Origin: Camelus ferus
Taxonomy: Eukaryota
NCBI RefSeq assembly: GCF_009834535.1
Contig: NC_045696.1
Coordinates: 43,154,001-43,218,000, forward strand
Direction of reading: 5' to 3'
Length of the DNA: 64,000 bases
Position 1 is the stretch's first letter, and each line of letters opens with the position of its first letter. The notes beneath the pieces were generated by a model. The model did not search any database and had not been told where the DNA came from. It saw only the letters and a program-made list of their open reading frames with translations. The position numbers and the translations under genes were made by a program. This document shows, one piece after another, positions 12,276 to 24,491 of the stretch.

Positions 12276-12719
12276 CGTTCTGGTCTGAAAAGAGTTCAGG
12301 CTGTTTGTGAGAATGGAGACTGAATCATGCCTCCAGGGCTGGCTTATCACACACGGCTTTGATCTTGTGAAGAAGGCCTAAGTTATTAGTCTTTCTCATG
12401 CGAGTTTATTTGAATCAAAGTTCTCCAGTTGACAGCAGAAATGAATGGAGAGACTACTTAAAAGCAAAAACTAATAAGTTTGTTGAACTAATATCCTCAG
12501 TGGCACTGAACAAAATTAGGTCCCCAAAATGTAAGACAAGCACCCTCTTGCATAGATTCTTGCAAATTTGCACTTGGGAATGTTTGCGAAGGAAATCTAT
12601 GCATGGCTTTGAACCAGTTCCTCTAATTTACTAACCTCTTAGAAGAACCCATGTTCAGTTAAAATTTTCAAATACAGAATCCAACCAATGATATGCTGAA
12701 GATTATATGGCCCATTCCC
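12276..12719 (-). pseudogene. Exon relic, BEN-like (end of one BEN, start of the next)
   Basis: Strong acceptor ttatccttttcag. IDFLRK/FPSANLQE (12600-12557, frameshifted) and LLHKIKAVC...KQPELFSDQN (ending 12300-12277) resemble BEND3 LFPELFSD. Confidence 0.5.
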
Positions 12720-13156
12720 CTGAAAAGGATAACTAAATTTAGGTGTTATAGTCAAACTTCACCTTGGACTCAGAAAGTTTATTATCTTTTGGCATTAAAC
12801 AAGCAACCACCTTTTTAAAATTTTCTTGACTATTCTATAATGTACCTGTAATGATTTCCACAATCAACCCTGAATCTTAATAGTGGGGAAATTAATCCTT
12901 CTAGGTATTAATTATGAAAAAGTTCTCTGGGGCTTGAGGAGGTGTTTGTTACAGTATTGAATTAATGATTAAATAATAATTATAGAATATAGTGAGTAAG
13001 ATGAATACTGCAATCACAAGTACTTGCAAAATATTCTAATGTAAAATATTCTGACAGCCTCCCTGTGGTTGGCTTTAAGTCAATAGGAACTCTTAGCAAA
13101 AAGAGAGGAAGCAAGTATATTAAAAAAAAAAAGAACTTTGGAAAAATCAATTGTAC

Positions 13157-13409
13157 CTGTCTTCATAATGATAAATCTAAGACCTGCAATATGCTGGAAG
13201 TTACAGAAGAGAATGCACGAGAGCAAAGTTTGAGGGACATCCCCCCAAGTCTTCTGCCATTACGCTTCTCCATTTGAGTGTCCTTCTTTGGGCATTAGGT
13301 GTGTGCTTAACTGAATGTCTTTGGAGGTCTAACATCATTGTATTGCTACTCCAACAGGGTGATAGTTTTAGGACATTAGTTAGCTGACAGTCAGAAGGCA
13401 ATAAATATC
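13157..13409 (-). pseudogene. Exon relic, BEN-like N-terminal motif
   Basis: Strong acceptor ttgtattttatctctag. The frame is open for about 68 codons and ends GGCPSNFAL (compare BEN SxGNFA). Donor is uncertain (gtaact at 13204 or gtacaa at 13156). Confidence 0.45.
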
Positions 13410-14084
13410 CTAGAGATAAAATACAATACGATTAAATGGAGACAGATCTAGGCTCCTAAGTCACTTGCCAGGAAGTCTACTCCCACCACTGTACTTTGAA
13501 AAATCAGAAGACACTGCTCCTCTGAACACTTACCTTATACCCCCAGTCTTCCTTTTTTAATCCCTTTATTCATATTTAATTTCTCTCTCATGGTTTATAG
13601 TTAAATATGATTCTGTTTTCCATATTTTAAAAACCAACAAAAGCACCTCCTTTGACACCCTCACCCTGCAACCTCAGTTATCTCTCTTTTCTACCTCATG
13701 GTCAAACCACTTAAAAGAACTGTTTATATTCTCTACCTAATTTATATGGCCTTTTGTTAACTATTCAGACTATTCCATTGCGGTTTAAAGTCCCATCAAT
13801 TTACATACATAGATCTACTAGATGCCAAGTAACTTTCTTGTTGATGGTTCTTAATCATATCTCTTCTTTAAAAGTATAAAATCTATACTCAAGCTTTCCA
13901 GGAAGAACATTTTCAAAGAGTTCTCCTTTCCAGGGAGGAACCAATGGATGCTGTTCCACGTGGCTACTTGACTCAGAGGGGTTATCTTACTTGACCTCTC
14001 TGCTACATAATATACACTCTTCTATTTGTCCTAAAGTTTTTAAAATGCAGAGTGTACCATATACTTGCCATGGTCTCCTTTTGG

Positions 14085-14150
14085 ACGAGCATTTCAAGTG
14101 CTCAACAGATACTTAGGTGACTAGTAGCTACTGTATTAGACAGCACAGTC
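14085..14150. mobile_element. MER3/MER33-like hAT fragment
   Basis: catttcaagtgctcaa...gtgactagtagctactgtattagacagcacag. Confidence 0.6.
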
Positions 14151-14548
14151 TTATACCCTTGCTCAGTTAATTCATAGTAATTTTTGTCATCTCATCTAAT
14201 GCACTGTTTTTCTCAAAAATGCCTTCTGTGGTAGTCTATTTAGTGTATCTTTGATATATGGTGTCATAAGATTATTTATCATCAATAACACTTATTTCAT
14301 TTTTTAAAGGTTTACACATATCAGTTCTTTATTGTAGATGCAGTCCAGACCTACTTATATGTGCCAGATCCATTTATATCTGAAAAAGGGTAGGGTGACA
14401 ACATATGCAATGACCCTGTCACCTTTTCAAATATTTACTGAAAAAAATTACCTTATATTAAGCGTTAAGGTCACAGGATAGGGAATCTTAGTAGTTGCCA
14501 TTAAACTACTGCAAGAGTATTTCCTGCACAAAATTATGCAAAACTTAC

Positions 14549-14584
14549 CATTTAGTTCCTGCTAAGCAGCATACCCCTATACAT
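14549..14584 (-). pseudogene. 36-nt micro-exon candidate
   Basis: ccctgtttttctag|ATGTATAGGGGTATGCTGCTTAGCAGGAACTAAATG|gtaagt: near-consensus splice sites, length divisible by 3. Confidence 0.45.
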
Positions 14585-15435
14585 CTAGAAAAACAGGGTA
14601 AGAGTGCTGAGCAACAAAGGTGGTAGACATTCGTGATTTTAAAAAATCTTTTATGGAAGTGTAATATACATGCAGAAAAATACACATATCTTAAGTGCAC
14701 ACAGCACTCAGATACTCAGCACCCAGACTTAGGAACCAACTATTACCAGCACATACAGCTTATCAAATACAGCTTATCACCCTTGTCCAAGGCTAACTGC
14801 TACCCTGATTTCTATCTGCACAGACAGTAACACTTACTTCCTTTTAAAATTATACATTTATATAGGGTGATAATTTGACATCCTATCAAAGCAGAAAACA
14901 TGTTTTTCTTTCACCATTGTTTCCACAGACCTTAGCTCGATATCTCAGTCCTAATTGGCATCCAAAATATACATTATATTAATGGATGCACAATGACTAA
15001 GTAACTGAATGTATAGGAAGGAAAGGGAAATACTGGAATGGAAATGGAGTGACAGTGAAGACAAACTATGATATAAGACAAATAGTATGGGTTTGTACTG
15101 AGATGGGCTTAGATTTACAGTATAACTCTCCTCCTTTAGCTGGGTGTTTTGAGCATGTTTCTTAGCATTATAATAGTCATTAGTGTTGACTCTAATTAAT
15201 TAGGTATGTAAAAACAATTGATTAAAACAATGTCATGACAATTGATAGGACACTTTGCTATACAATTTATCTGGGGACTACTGATGGTTGAACATTCCCC
15301 AGGAGGATAACATGGAACTCTGCTGAACTGTTAAAAACACATTATGCATGAATATGCAGATATAAGAATCCATTATGAGTCTTTGTCTTTGCCTACCAAA
15401 GTACCAAACTAATTTTTTTAAATCAGTGATTAATT

Positions 15436-15930
15436 AGAAGGAAATCCTACCATTTGCAACAACATGGATGGACCTGAAAGACCTTGATGCTAGATGTAGT
15501 CAGTCACAGAAGGACTCTAGTATTCCTTTTATACGAGGTATCTGAAGTCAAACTCACAGGAGAGAATAGAATGGAGGTTGCCAAGCGGAGTGGGGGAGGG
15601 ATGGGAAAATGTTGTTCAGTGGGTACAGAGTTACAGATATACAAGATGATAAGTTCTAGAGGTCTACAGTACAATGTGATACTGTAGTTAACTATACAGT
15701 GCTGAGAATTTAACCATCTGTTAAGAGGATACATCTCACGCTAAAAGTTCTTGCCATGTCCACATGTAAAAGCAAGGGGACACAAGAAAACTTTCAGAGA
15801 TTGGGATTTGTTTATTACCTGCGTGTAGTGATGGTATCACAGGTGTATGTGCACGTCCAAAGACATCAAAAATGAACACATCAAATATGTGCAACTTTTG
15901 TGTATTAAATATACCTCAAAATTTTAAAAA
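15436..15930 (+). mobile_element. Old L1 3' end (L1MA/MB-like)
   Basis: ggaaatcctaccatttgcaacaacatggatggacctg...aagttctagaggtct. Confidence 0.8.
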
Positions 15931-16029
15931 ATCCATTTGACTTTACGTCAGTGATGATACAATGTGCTTATTTCTTAAATCTCCATGGTCTAGGATTAGG
16001 AAAACAAACGCTCTGAAGAGAAAATCTGC

Positions 16030-16811
16030 TGTAACCAGCGCTGGTTTTATCCCAAGACTGACTTACCTAGTGGCTTCAAGGGGACTACAACAGTGTCAGA
16101 TTATCCTATCTGTGTCAGGGATCCCCAACACAGCCCTCAGGCACAGTGACTCACGAGAAGGGTTCCCAAGACTCAGAAACTGTTACCTCACGGTTACAGG
16201 TTACTATGATCTTGTACCCAAAGAAACGTAAACGTCCATCAAGTGCTCAGCCTGAATGGAACCAGAAGACTGCTGTGAACAAAGAGAAGAATGAAAGGGT
16301 ATGTAACTGAGAGCCAGAGATACGGGCCACAGGGCCAGCTTCAGGTTAAAATCGGCAAAGGGTAAAGGCACATGGAGCCACATCAAGCAGAAACCAAGTA
16401 CAAACTTCCAGGCGTCTCCTCCCAGTGGGGCTGCACAAACGTGCCTAATTTTCCCAGTAAGAGTGTGTAACAATATACACTAAGCACTGCCCATGAGGGC
16501 TGCTCACCTGAGGCTTCATATCCAGGTTTTGATTGGGAATCAGTCATGTAGGCTAACTCAAGACTCCAGACCCCTACAGCAGAACCTGGTGTTCATCAAA
16601 ATCGCACTGCTAGCATAAACTGCCTGGTCAAACCGGTACAGCAGGGCCCTAAGCCCCAGGCTTAGGAAAAAACTCTTACCAGGCAGAATATTCCAAGGGC
16701 TCAGAGCTCAGCAACAGGAAGATGGCCAAGAGCTAGTCCTGAAAACAGGACTTTGGGAAATGTACAGGATTTGGCCCATGCAGGCCTGCTGAATTAATCC
16801 TTTCCTATACA
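16030..16811 (-). mobile_element. MER21-like LTR
   Basis: gtgtcagggatccccaa, ctcctcccagtgggg, gaatcagtcatgtaggc, caggcctgctgaattaatcctttcctataca. Left boundary approximate. Confidence 0.7.
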
Positions 16812-17159
16812 ATATCCAAATACAGCAATATCTGGACCAAAAATAGAAAGGGACTTTCACCTCTGGTGTCTCTTTCTCAGCAGCCTGGAACCCATTCTTA
16901 GGACCTTTCTCAAGTCTAAAAAACTGTTTCAACCAAGGAAAACGGGATATCATGATTGGCTTTAATTGTGAATGGGTCTTCACCTTACCTGAGGGGAATG
17001 AAAGCACAACTGGCATTCTATTAGGGTGGGGTAAGGGGAGAAATGACTATTGAATCAGGCAAGTAATATTTTCCACAGCACACTTTTTAATATTATTGAT
17101 GCTGGATAGAACAAAACGTAAAAGCATAATCAGTGAGACTACGCTTGGACTGTTTTTAC

Positions 17160-17285
17160 ACACACGCACATGCATATGTATCGGTACATACCTCTACCTA
17201 CATATACATATATGTATCTATAGACACATATGTATATATATTTATACCTTTATGTATATATTTATATCTAAATATCTATATAAGT
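17160..17285. repeat. Degenerate (TA/CATA)n low-complexity tract
   Basis: Visible directly. Confidence 0.8.
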
Positions 17286-17703
17286 CATGCTTTATGTTAA
17301 AATATGATAATAGCAATAAACTGAAAGTTTACAATAGGTTACTTTTAAATATTTTTACAGTCAAACTTCGAGATCCTTTGCAGTACCATCTCTTTTTTTC
17401 TGAATAAACCAATGTCTCATTTTCCTATCCTTGCCTCTAAGCCTCTTTTCAGTTCCCCAGAAAATGATTGTTAAAAAGTCGTGAAATATGAATGCCCCTC
17501 TGGATCCAGCTTCATTAATTCACAGTAGCTTATGTTCCTACATCCAAGCTTTCAGAGAAAATTGATGTACATAAAAATTGTCTCTTGCCCTGAATACGTT
17601 TTACTTGTCTTTTAATGCTTCCTGCTACCCTTTGTCCTGGCGACTAATGCTCTCATCATTCACTCTAAATAAATTAATTCATTTTATATATTTTTGAACT
17701 AAC

Positions 17704-17904
17704 TTTACAGATACTTGAAATTTGTAAGTTTGATTTCAGAAAATGATCTGTTTGACTCGAAGTAATAATCAACTTTTTAACTCTAGACAGAACATTTTGA
17801 GAAGGAAGATCCTCAAATCGTCTAGTTATATAGTAACTCCACACAAAATTCTTCATACGTTCCTTGCTAAGCTGCCTGTCTCTTCTGCTGTTGTTTCCTT
17901 ATCC
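17704..17904 (-). pseudogene. 201-nt exon relic, BEN-like C-terminal half
   Basis: ttctttctaaag acceptor and gttagt donor. Reads G*GNNSRRDRQLSKERMKNFVWSYYITRRFEDLPSQNVLSRVKKLII... with one stop in 67 codons. Confidence 0.5.
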
Positions 17905-18747
17905 CTTTAGAAAGAACTCAACTATAAGCTTTAAAAACCTGAGGAAATAATAAAATTTTAAAAATAGAACCTCGTCAAGGAGATAATATATTTAATTACA
18001 AACCAGAATATGACTGAGACATTCGAGGATTTTCATAAAGTGAGCCCCACATGCTCCTCTAACCTATGGCTGACCTTCTCCCCTGTGTTCCTCTCACCTC
18101 CACATTGCACACAGGCCAGTATTCCGAATTCCTCAATGGTCTGGGGAGGTTTTCCAGTCCTTTATTTCTTTTCAATTGTTATATTCTTTGACTGTCCAGT
18201 CCCTGTCTGTATTATCTCGTCCGCTTGGGTACCTCCTACTCTCCTTTCTTTAGTTAGTTCAGACGTAACATTTTGCCAGGGGCCTTTCTGATTTCCCCAG
18301 GACAGAATTCATTAGTCCCTCTTCTAAGGCTTCACAACACCAACGACAAATCTCTACTAGATTGTATCACATTATACTTACATTTCTACCCCTTTAATAC
18401 CTAGCATGAAATCAGGCTCATAGTAGATAATCAGTAAATCTGTGGACTGAGAGAATTTTAAGGAAGTTCTCCAGAGGTAAACAAAGGGCTGTTATAAATT
18501 AGGTAACAGAGTGATTCACATGGGCGGGGGGAGGACAGCAATGTTGTGGCCTGAAGAAGCCCTCACAAGAAGAAGTATGTAATGATGGTCCTTAAAAAAA
18601 ATAAACAAACAGAATTCCACCATCTGGAGAATTACAGGAAGAACATTACAAACAGGAGTTAATAGAGTAATTCATTTCATTCATTAGATTTTTTTTCTAG
18701 CAACAGAAACTCATAGGGACAGCTTAAATAAAAAATATAAGCCTATT

Positions 18748-19754
18748 CTTAATCTCCAGAATATATAAACAGCTCCCACAACTTAATAAGAAAGAAACAA
18801 CCCAATCCAAAAATGGGCAAAAGACCTAAACAAGCAATTCTCCAATGAAGACATAAGAATGGCCAATAGGCACATGAAAAAAATGCTCAATATCACTAAT
18901 TACAAGACAAATGCAAGTCAAAACTACAATGAGATATCACCTCATACCAGTCAGAATGGCCATCATTAAAAAGTCCACAAACGATAAATACTGGAGAGGG
19001 TGTGGAGAAGAGGGAATCCTCCTACACTGTTGGTGGGAATGTAGTTTGGTGCAGCCATTATGGAAAACAGTGTGGAGATTTCTCAAAAAACTAAAAATAG
19101 ACTTACCATATGATCCAGCAATCCCACTCCTGGGTATATATCCAGGGGGAACTCTAATTTGAAAAGATACATGCACCCCAGTGTTCATAGAAGCACTATT
19201 TACAATAGCCAAGACATGGAAACAACCTAAATGTCCATCGACAGATGACTAGATAAAGACGATGTGGAATATTTATATAATGAAATACTACTCAGCCATA
19301 AAAAATAATAAAATAATGCCATTTGCAGCAACATGGATGAACCTGGAGAATGTCATTTTAAGTGAAATAAGCCAGAAAGAGAAAGAAAAATACCATATGA
19401 TATCACTTATATGTGGACTCTAAGAAAAAAAAAAAAAAGACAAACTTATTTATAAAACAGAAACAGACTCACAAACATAGAAAAGAAACTTACAGTAACC
19501 AGTGGGGGAAAGGGGTTGGAAAGGATAAACTAGGAGTTTGAGATTTGTAGATACTAATATAAATATATAAAATAGATAAGAAATAAGTTTATACTGTATA
19601 GCACAGGGAACCATATTCAATATCTTGTAGTAACCTATGGTAAAGAATATGAGAGTGAATGTATGTATGTTCCTATGTGACTGAAGCACTATGCTGTACA
19701 CCAGAAGTTGACACAACATTGTAAACTGACAGTACTTCAATAAAAATATATTTA
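18748..19754 (+). mobile_element. 5'-truncated L1, cetartiodactyl-type
   Basis: ORF2 C-terminus (TTMRYHL...LLHCWWEC), 3' UTR and A tail; TSD aaaaaat(a/g)taagcctatt at 18730-18747 and 19755-19772. Confidence 0.95.
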
Positions 19755-20127
19755 AAAAAATGTAAGCCTATTAAGAAGGTATGTATACTTATTTCTCATT
19801 GAACCAAAGGCAGGCCTTACAAATGTCCTAACTTGGGGAAGAAAATCCTGCTGAGACTTACTCTTTCTCTTAAAAACCTACTTTCTCCGTTATTCTAGTC
19901 TACACACAGGTAGGGCAGGTATAGGGGACAAGGGGAACATGGTTTTAAGTTAAATTTAGCCCCAAAAATACCACTCTGGAGTGGATCAAGTAGGAAGTCT
20001 CAGAGAGCCCACAGACACACATGAACTCTTATCAATAAATATGAGATCCCATCTTCTCCATACTTGTCCTAAGAATGAACTCTTCATCTGGCTGAGGCCT
20101 GTTTTCATTCCCCCTCACCCCACTTCC

Positions 20128-20363
20128 CTTGAAATATGCATAATTTTCTAATACTGATCTAGTATACAGCCACATATTATGAACTTAAGTATTTCTTAAG
20201 TTCTTCCGAAACTCTCTTAACCTATTTCTAATAGGTTATTCAGGAAGCTTCTGAGAGCCTGTCACCTGAACCTCACTAGCCAGACCTTCAACCAGGTCAA
20301 CACTACATTACAGTCAAGGAAGGCTGTAAGAACCCTTCTCTTTATCAGCCTCTGGCCCTTGAC
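20128..20363 (-). pseudogene. Exon relic ending in a BEN-like N-terminal half
   Basis: MWLYTRSVLENYAYFK (20175-20128) is followed by ggaagt, one base from gtaagt. Acceptor is weak. Confidence 0.35.
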
Positions 20364-20879
20364 CTAAATTATGTATCTCTGCATTAATCACGATATATTT
20401 TGGCTAAGAATTCCTTTTATTCTTGGAAAGATTATAGAATTCCATTATCTAATATGGTAGCTACTAGCTATGTGTGCTTTTCTTTTTTTCACTTTTAAAA
20501 TAAAAACTAAATAAAATTAAAATTTCAGTCTTTCAATTACATTAGCCATACTTCAAATGTGCAATTGTCAGAAAAATTCTGTTGGTATTTTTGCCCACAA
20601 GAATTGAGTTAATGGCCCCACTCGCACTTTCACTCTCTCAAGGAGCCCTACATGGATTGACTTCCACTACCTATCTTGTCACTTGTTTACGTGAATTTTC
20701 CATATCCTCCAGAGATGTTACTGGGCACTAAATAAATAGTATTTGTAAAAATAATTTGAATTTACTACTCACCTAACCACAAGATATTAATATAGGGTGA
20801 TTTGGGGAATGCTTTTGCCTTATGATGTTTTCTTCTGTATGAACAGAAATTTTTAATAGTATAAAAGTCTTGGCCTTAC

Positions 20880-21269
20880 TCAGCTCCATTAATTATTTCT
20901 ATTCAGAAAGGAGGAGTTATCTAGTTTATTGATTTGGTTAGGATGAGAAACTGAAGAAACTTTGCCATGGTTCTTTCTCTGGGAAATCATCTGCCTTTAT
21001 GATGCATGTGCTGTCAACTGTTCCCAGTCAAGTGATGTCCCTCCTTGGTGGGTGCACCTACAGTGGTCTGTGGCCCCTGGTGACTAAGTCTTCCAGCATC
21101 AGTAAACCCACTAGACCAGAGATTTCCAATATCCACTTTATCACTAATAATCGTGATTGTTTTATCTGTCGTATTTCTTATGTTTTAATTTCTTGAAAGC
21201 TCAAGTAAGCAAGATGCTTTCTATTAATGGGACACGACCAAACAGATGAGATGAGATAGGAATTTCTCC
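20880..21269 (-). pseudogene. Exon-like block, no domain recognised
   Basis: Acceptor cctgtttttcttttag and donor gtaagg; 390 nt; stops in all frames. Confidence 0.3.
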
Positions 21270-22631
21270 CTAAAAGAAAAACAGGTGCTATCAGTAAAAG
21301 CAGTATTGCCTTTGTATGTTGTTAACATCTATCTGAAGACTGTTTTTCTATTATCCAAACTACAAAGTAAAGTGCACTTACTTGAAAATAATGGAGGAAA
21401 TTACCTCTTTGTACAGAAATTTAAGTATTTATAAACTCACATTCAGCTCTTTAGGAAAAATAAAATGAATTTCAACTTCTGGTATTTTTTTTCAGGCTTA
21501 TGAAGTATATAAACCTCCTTTGTGCAAACTTTGTGCAAACAGCAGTTTCTTAGATGCCGTCTCTATTTTTAAAACTTTTTTTTATCATTTGACCTCTACA
21601 GGACTGGGGGAAGTATTTCTCTAGGTTGACATCAGGAATCAGAAAGACTGTACGTTTCTTAATAGGTGTAAGTCTGCAAGCAGCAGAAAACACTACAGGC
21701 CTTTTGAAACTTAACTCTCATAACATTTAAACATTAAAGCATAGATTTAAATATTTTCTTGCTAAGATAACATGATGAATGCCACATTGCAAAAAAATTT
21801 GACCTCATTTATTTGAAAAGAAATAATCTACCATGAAACTGACTTAGCCTTGGCAGAAAATCAAGAATTCCTTGACACAGGCTAACCCATGCTTGGCAAC
21901 ATGAGCTACAGGAATTTATCTGATGTGCTTCTACAAACCTCTGTGAATCATATCCCTACTTTTATCATCATCAAAATGAAAAGTTAAAAAGAGCAATTGC
22001 TTATTAAAGATGACATGGGCTTTGCCATGTCAAACTCAAATTGAAAATGCCAACTTCTTATTCAAGCCAAATACCAGTATCTTACTCATTTAAATATATT
22101 TTTAAGCAGAATTAACTTGCCTCTTTTGAGTTTTACTTGCCCAATTTGCATTTTTGTCTTTTTTTTTTTAAGGAAGCCCTTATTTTCATTTAAAAACTTG
22201 GAGTATGGCAATATTTTTTTTTAATTGACCCTACATTTTTGGGAAAGTAAATCTATTTTCAGTACAAACCAAAGCAAATGGCATGAAAATATTGTGTCTT
22301 TATGTACATTGTACATAGAAAGCAGGAAATATTAGGCAGGTCTACAACTCATCAGGTTCTTAAAATTGTATATAAAACAAAAAATTAAGAAGCAAAAGCA
22401 GAGAGTTGGTTTCTTATTTGATTAACATAATAAATTAAGAATTACTGTTGAAAAATATTTTACTCAGCATATGAGATTTTGGACATGTGATGTTTGAAGT
22501 TAGTCATCAATTTTGAAGGCTTAATTTAGGATACAATCTAGCTTGCTACATTTTACTTGGAATAAATGTAAGAATAAGATGTAGCTAAATTCAGGTATAT
22601 TAATCTATAATGAGATGGTCTTTAAAAAATT

Positions 22632-23958
22632 ATGAGGCAAAGGAGGCAAGAATATACAATGGAGAAAAGACAGTCTGTTCAATATGTGGTGCTGGGAAGA
22701 GGACGGATACATGTCAAACAATAAGATTAGAACATTTCATCACACCATATGCAAAAACAAACTCAAAATGGATTTAAGACCTAAATATAAGAACTGAAAC
22801 CATAAAATTCCTAGAAGAGAACATAGACCAAACACTCTGACATCCTAAGGCAAAAAATAATTAAATAAAAGCATAAATAAACAGGACCTAATTAAAATTA
22901 AAAACTTTTGCAAAGCAAAGGAAACCATCAACAAAATGAAAAGACAACCTACGAACAGGAGAAAATATTTACAAACGATATGACTGACAAGGGGTTAGTA
23001 TCTAAAATATATAAAAAGGTCATACAACTCTATCACAAAGCAAATAATCCAAAGAAAAAATGGGCAGAAGACCTGAATAGACATTTTCACAAAGAAGACA
23101 CACAGATGGCCAACAGGCACATGAAAAGATGCTCAAAGTTGCTAACCAAAAAATGCAAATTAAAACCATCATGAGATACAATCTCACACTTGTCAGGTAG
23201 CTATCATCAAGAAGTCTACAAACAACAGATGTTGGAGAGAATGTGGAGAAAAGGGAATCCCTATACACTGCTGATGGGAATGTAAATTGGTGCAACCACT
23301 GTAGAAAACTATATGGAGGTTTCTTTAAAAAAAACTAAAAATAGAACTATCATATAATCCAGCAATTCCACTCCTGGGTATATATCTGGAAAAAGTGAAG
23401 ACTCTAATTCTAAAAGATACATCCACCCCAATGTTCATAGTAGCACTATTTACAACAGCCAGATATGGGAACAACCCAAGTGCCCATCAACAGATGAAGG
23501 GATAAAGAAGATGCTGTATGTATATACAATGGAATATTACTCGGCCATAAAAAATAAAACAATGCCATTTGCAGCAACATGGAAGGACCTAGGTAATACT
23601 ATGCTTAGTGAAATAAATCAAAGAAAGAAAAATACTATGATATCACTTATATATGGAATCCAAGAAATACTACAAGTGACTATACATGCAAAACATAAGA
23701 AAACTCACAGATATAGAAAACTAGTGGTTACCAAAGGGGAAAGGGAAAAGGGAAGGGCTAGTTAGGGGTATGGCATCAAGAGAACCAAACTACTATATAT
23801 AAAATAGATAAGTAACAAGAATATATTGTATAGCACAGGGAATTATAGCCAATAACTTGTAATAATTTTAACAGAGTGTGATCTGTAAAAATATTGAATC
23901 ACTATGTTGTCCACCTCAAACTAATTTTGTAAATCAACTAGACTTTAATAAAAAAAAG
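22632..23958 (+). mobile_element. 5'-truncated L1
   Basis: ORF2 C-terminal fragments ([14 protein letters not shown]), 3' UTR, A tail. Confidence 0.92.
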
Positions 23959-24288
23959 TTGTCAACACCTTATTAAACATTTAATCATTTATTGTCTTAC
24001 ACTACATGCTACTGTATTTTGACAAATCTTATTACTGTGGTAGACCATGTATTAGAATGTTTTATGATTACTTAAGATATCTTTTTTTTTTAGTGTTCAA
24101 CAAGTCTTGGTAGAGAATACAGTAATATTCTAAAATGAATAACCTACTTGGAGAAATAATACGGTACATGAAGCAACTAGAAAACACTATAAGCCAGAGA
24201 CCAGTCTGAGATGATACAGTACACACAGAAAAGAAAATCAAACAGAGACAAATCAAGTGAGTGAGATTGAAGGAGGAAATGGATTCGG

Positions 24289-24491
24289 TGCTGGACATAG
24301 AGGAAAGGCAGCATCTGGCTTATCTGCGGGACAGCGTAAGCAATAATAACACAACTGATCGGAACATTCGTGGTTCCCATAGAGAAGCCGGCCTCACTGC
24401 AGAGGCAATCAAGTGAGCCTGAGTGGGAACTAGGGGTGAGGAATTTTAAAGAGGCACAACCAACTGAAAGTGATGTTTCTAAAATATCCAC
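24289..24491 (-). pseudogene. Exon relic with a second PHD-finger-like motif (3' boundary undetermined)
   Basis: Acceptor ttttcaaactggtttcag. DCLCSEAGFSMG/NHECSDQLCYYCLRCPADKPDAAFPLCPA (24410-24289, one frameshift). Locally CpG-rich. Confidence 0.52.

Noticed and set aside
17704..17904. HMG-box interpretation of SYYITRRFEDLPSQ...
   Set aside because: It lacks the conserved Trp and basic pattern; the BEN-like reading fits better, though neither is proven.
24094..24256. Plus-strand exon (ttttttttag ... gtgagt) with a coiled-coil-like translation
   Set aside because: Stops in all frames and no partner plus-strand exons; the adjacent minus strand carries the PHD-like motif.
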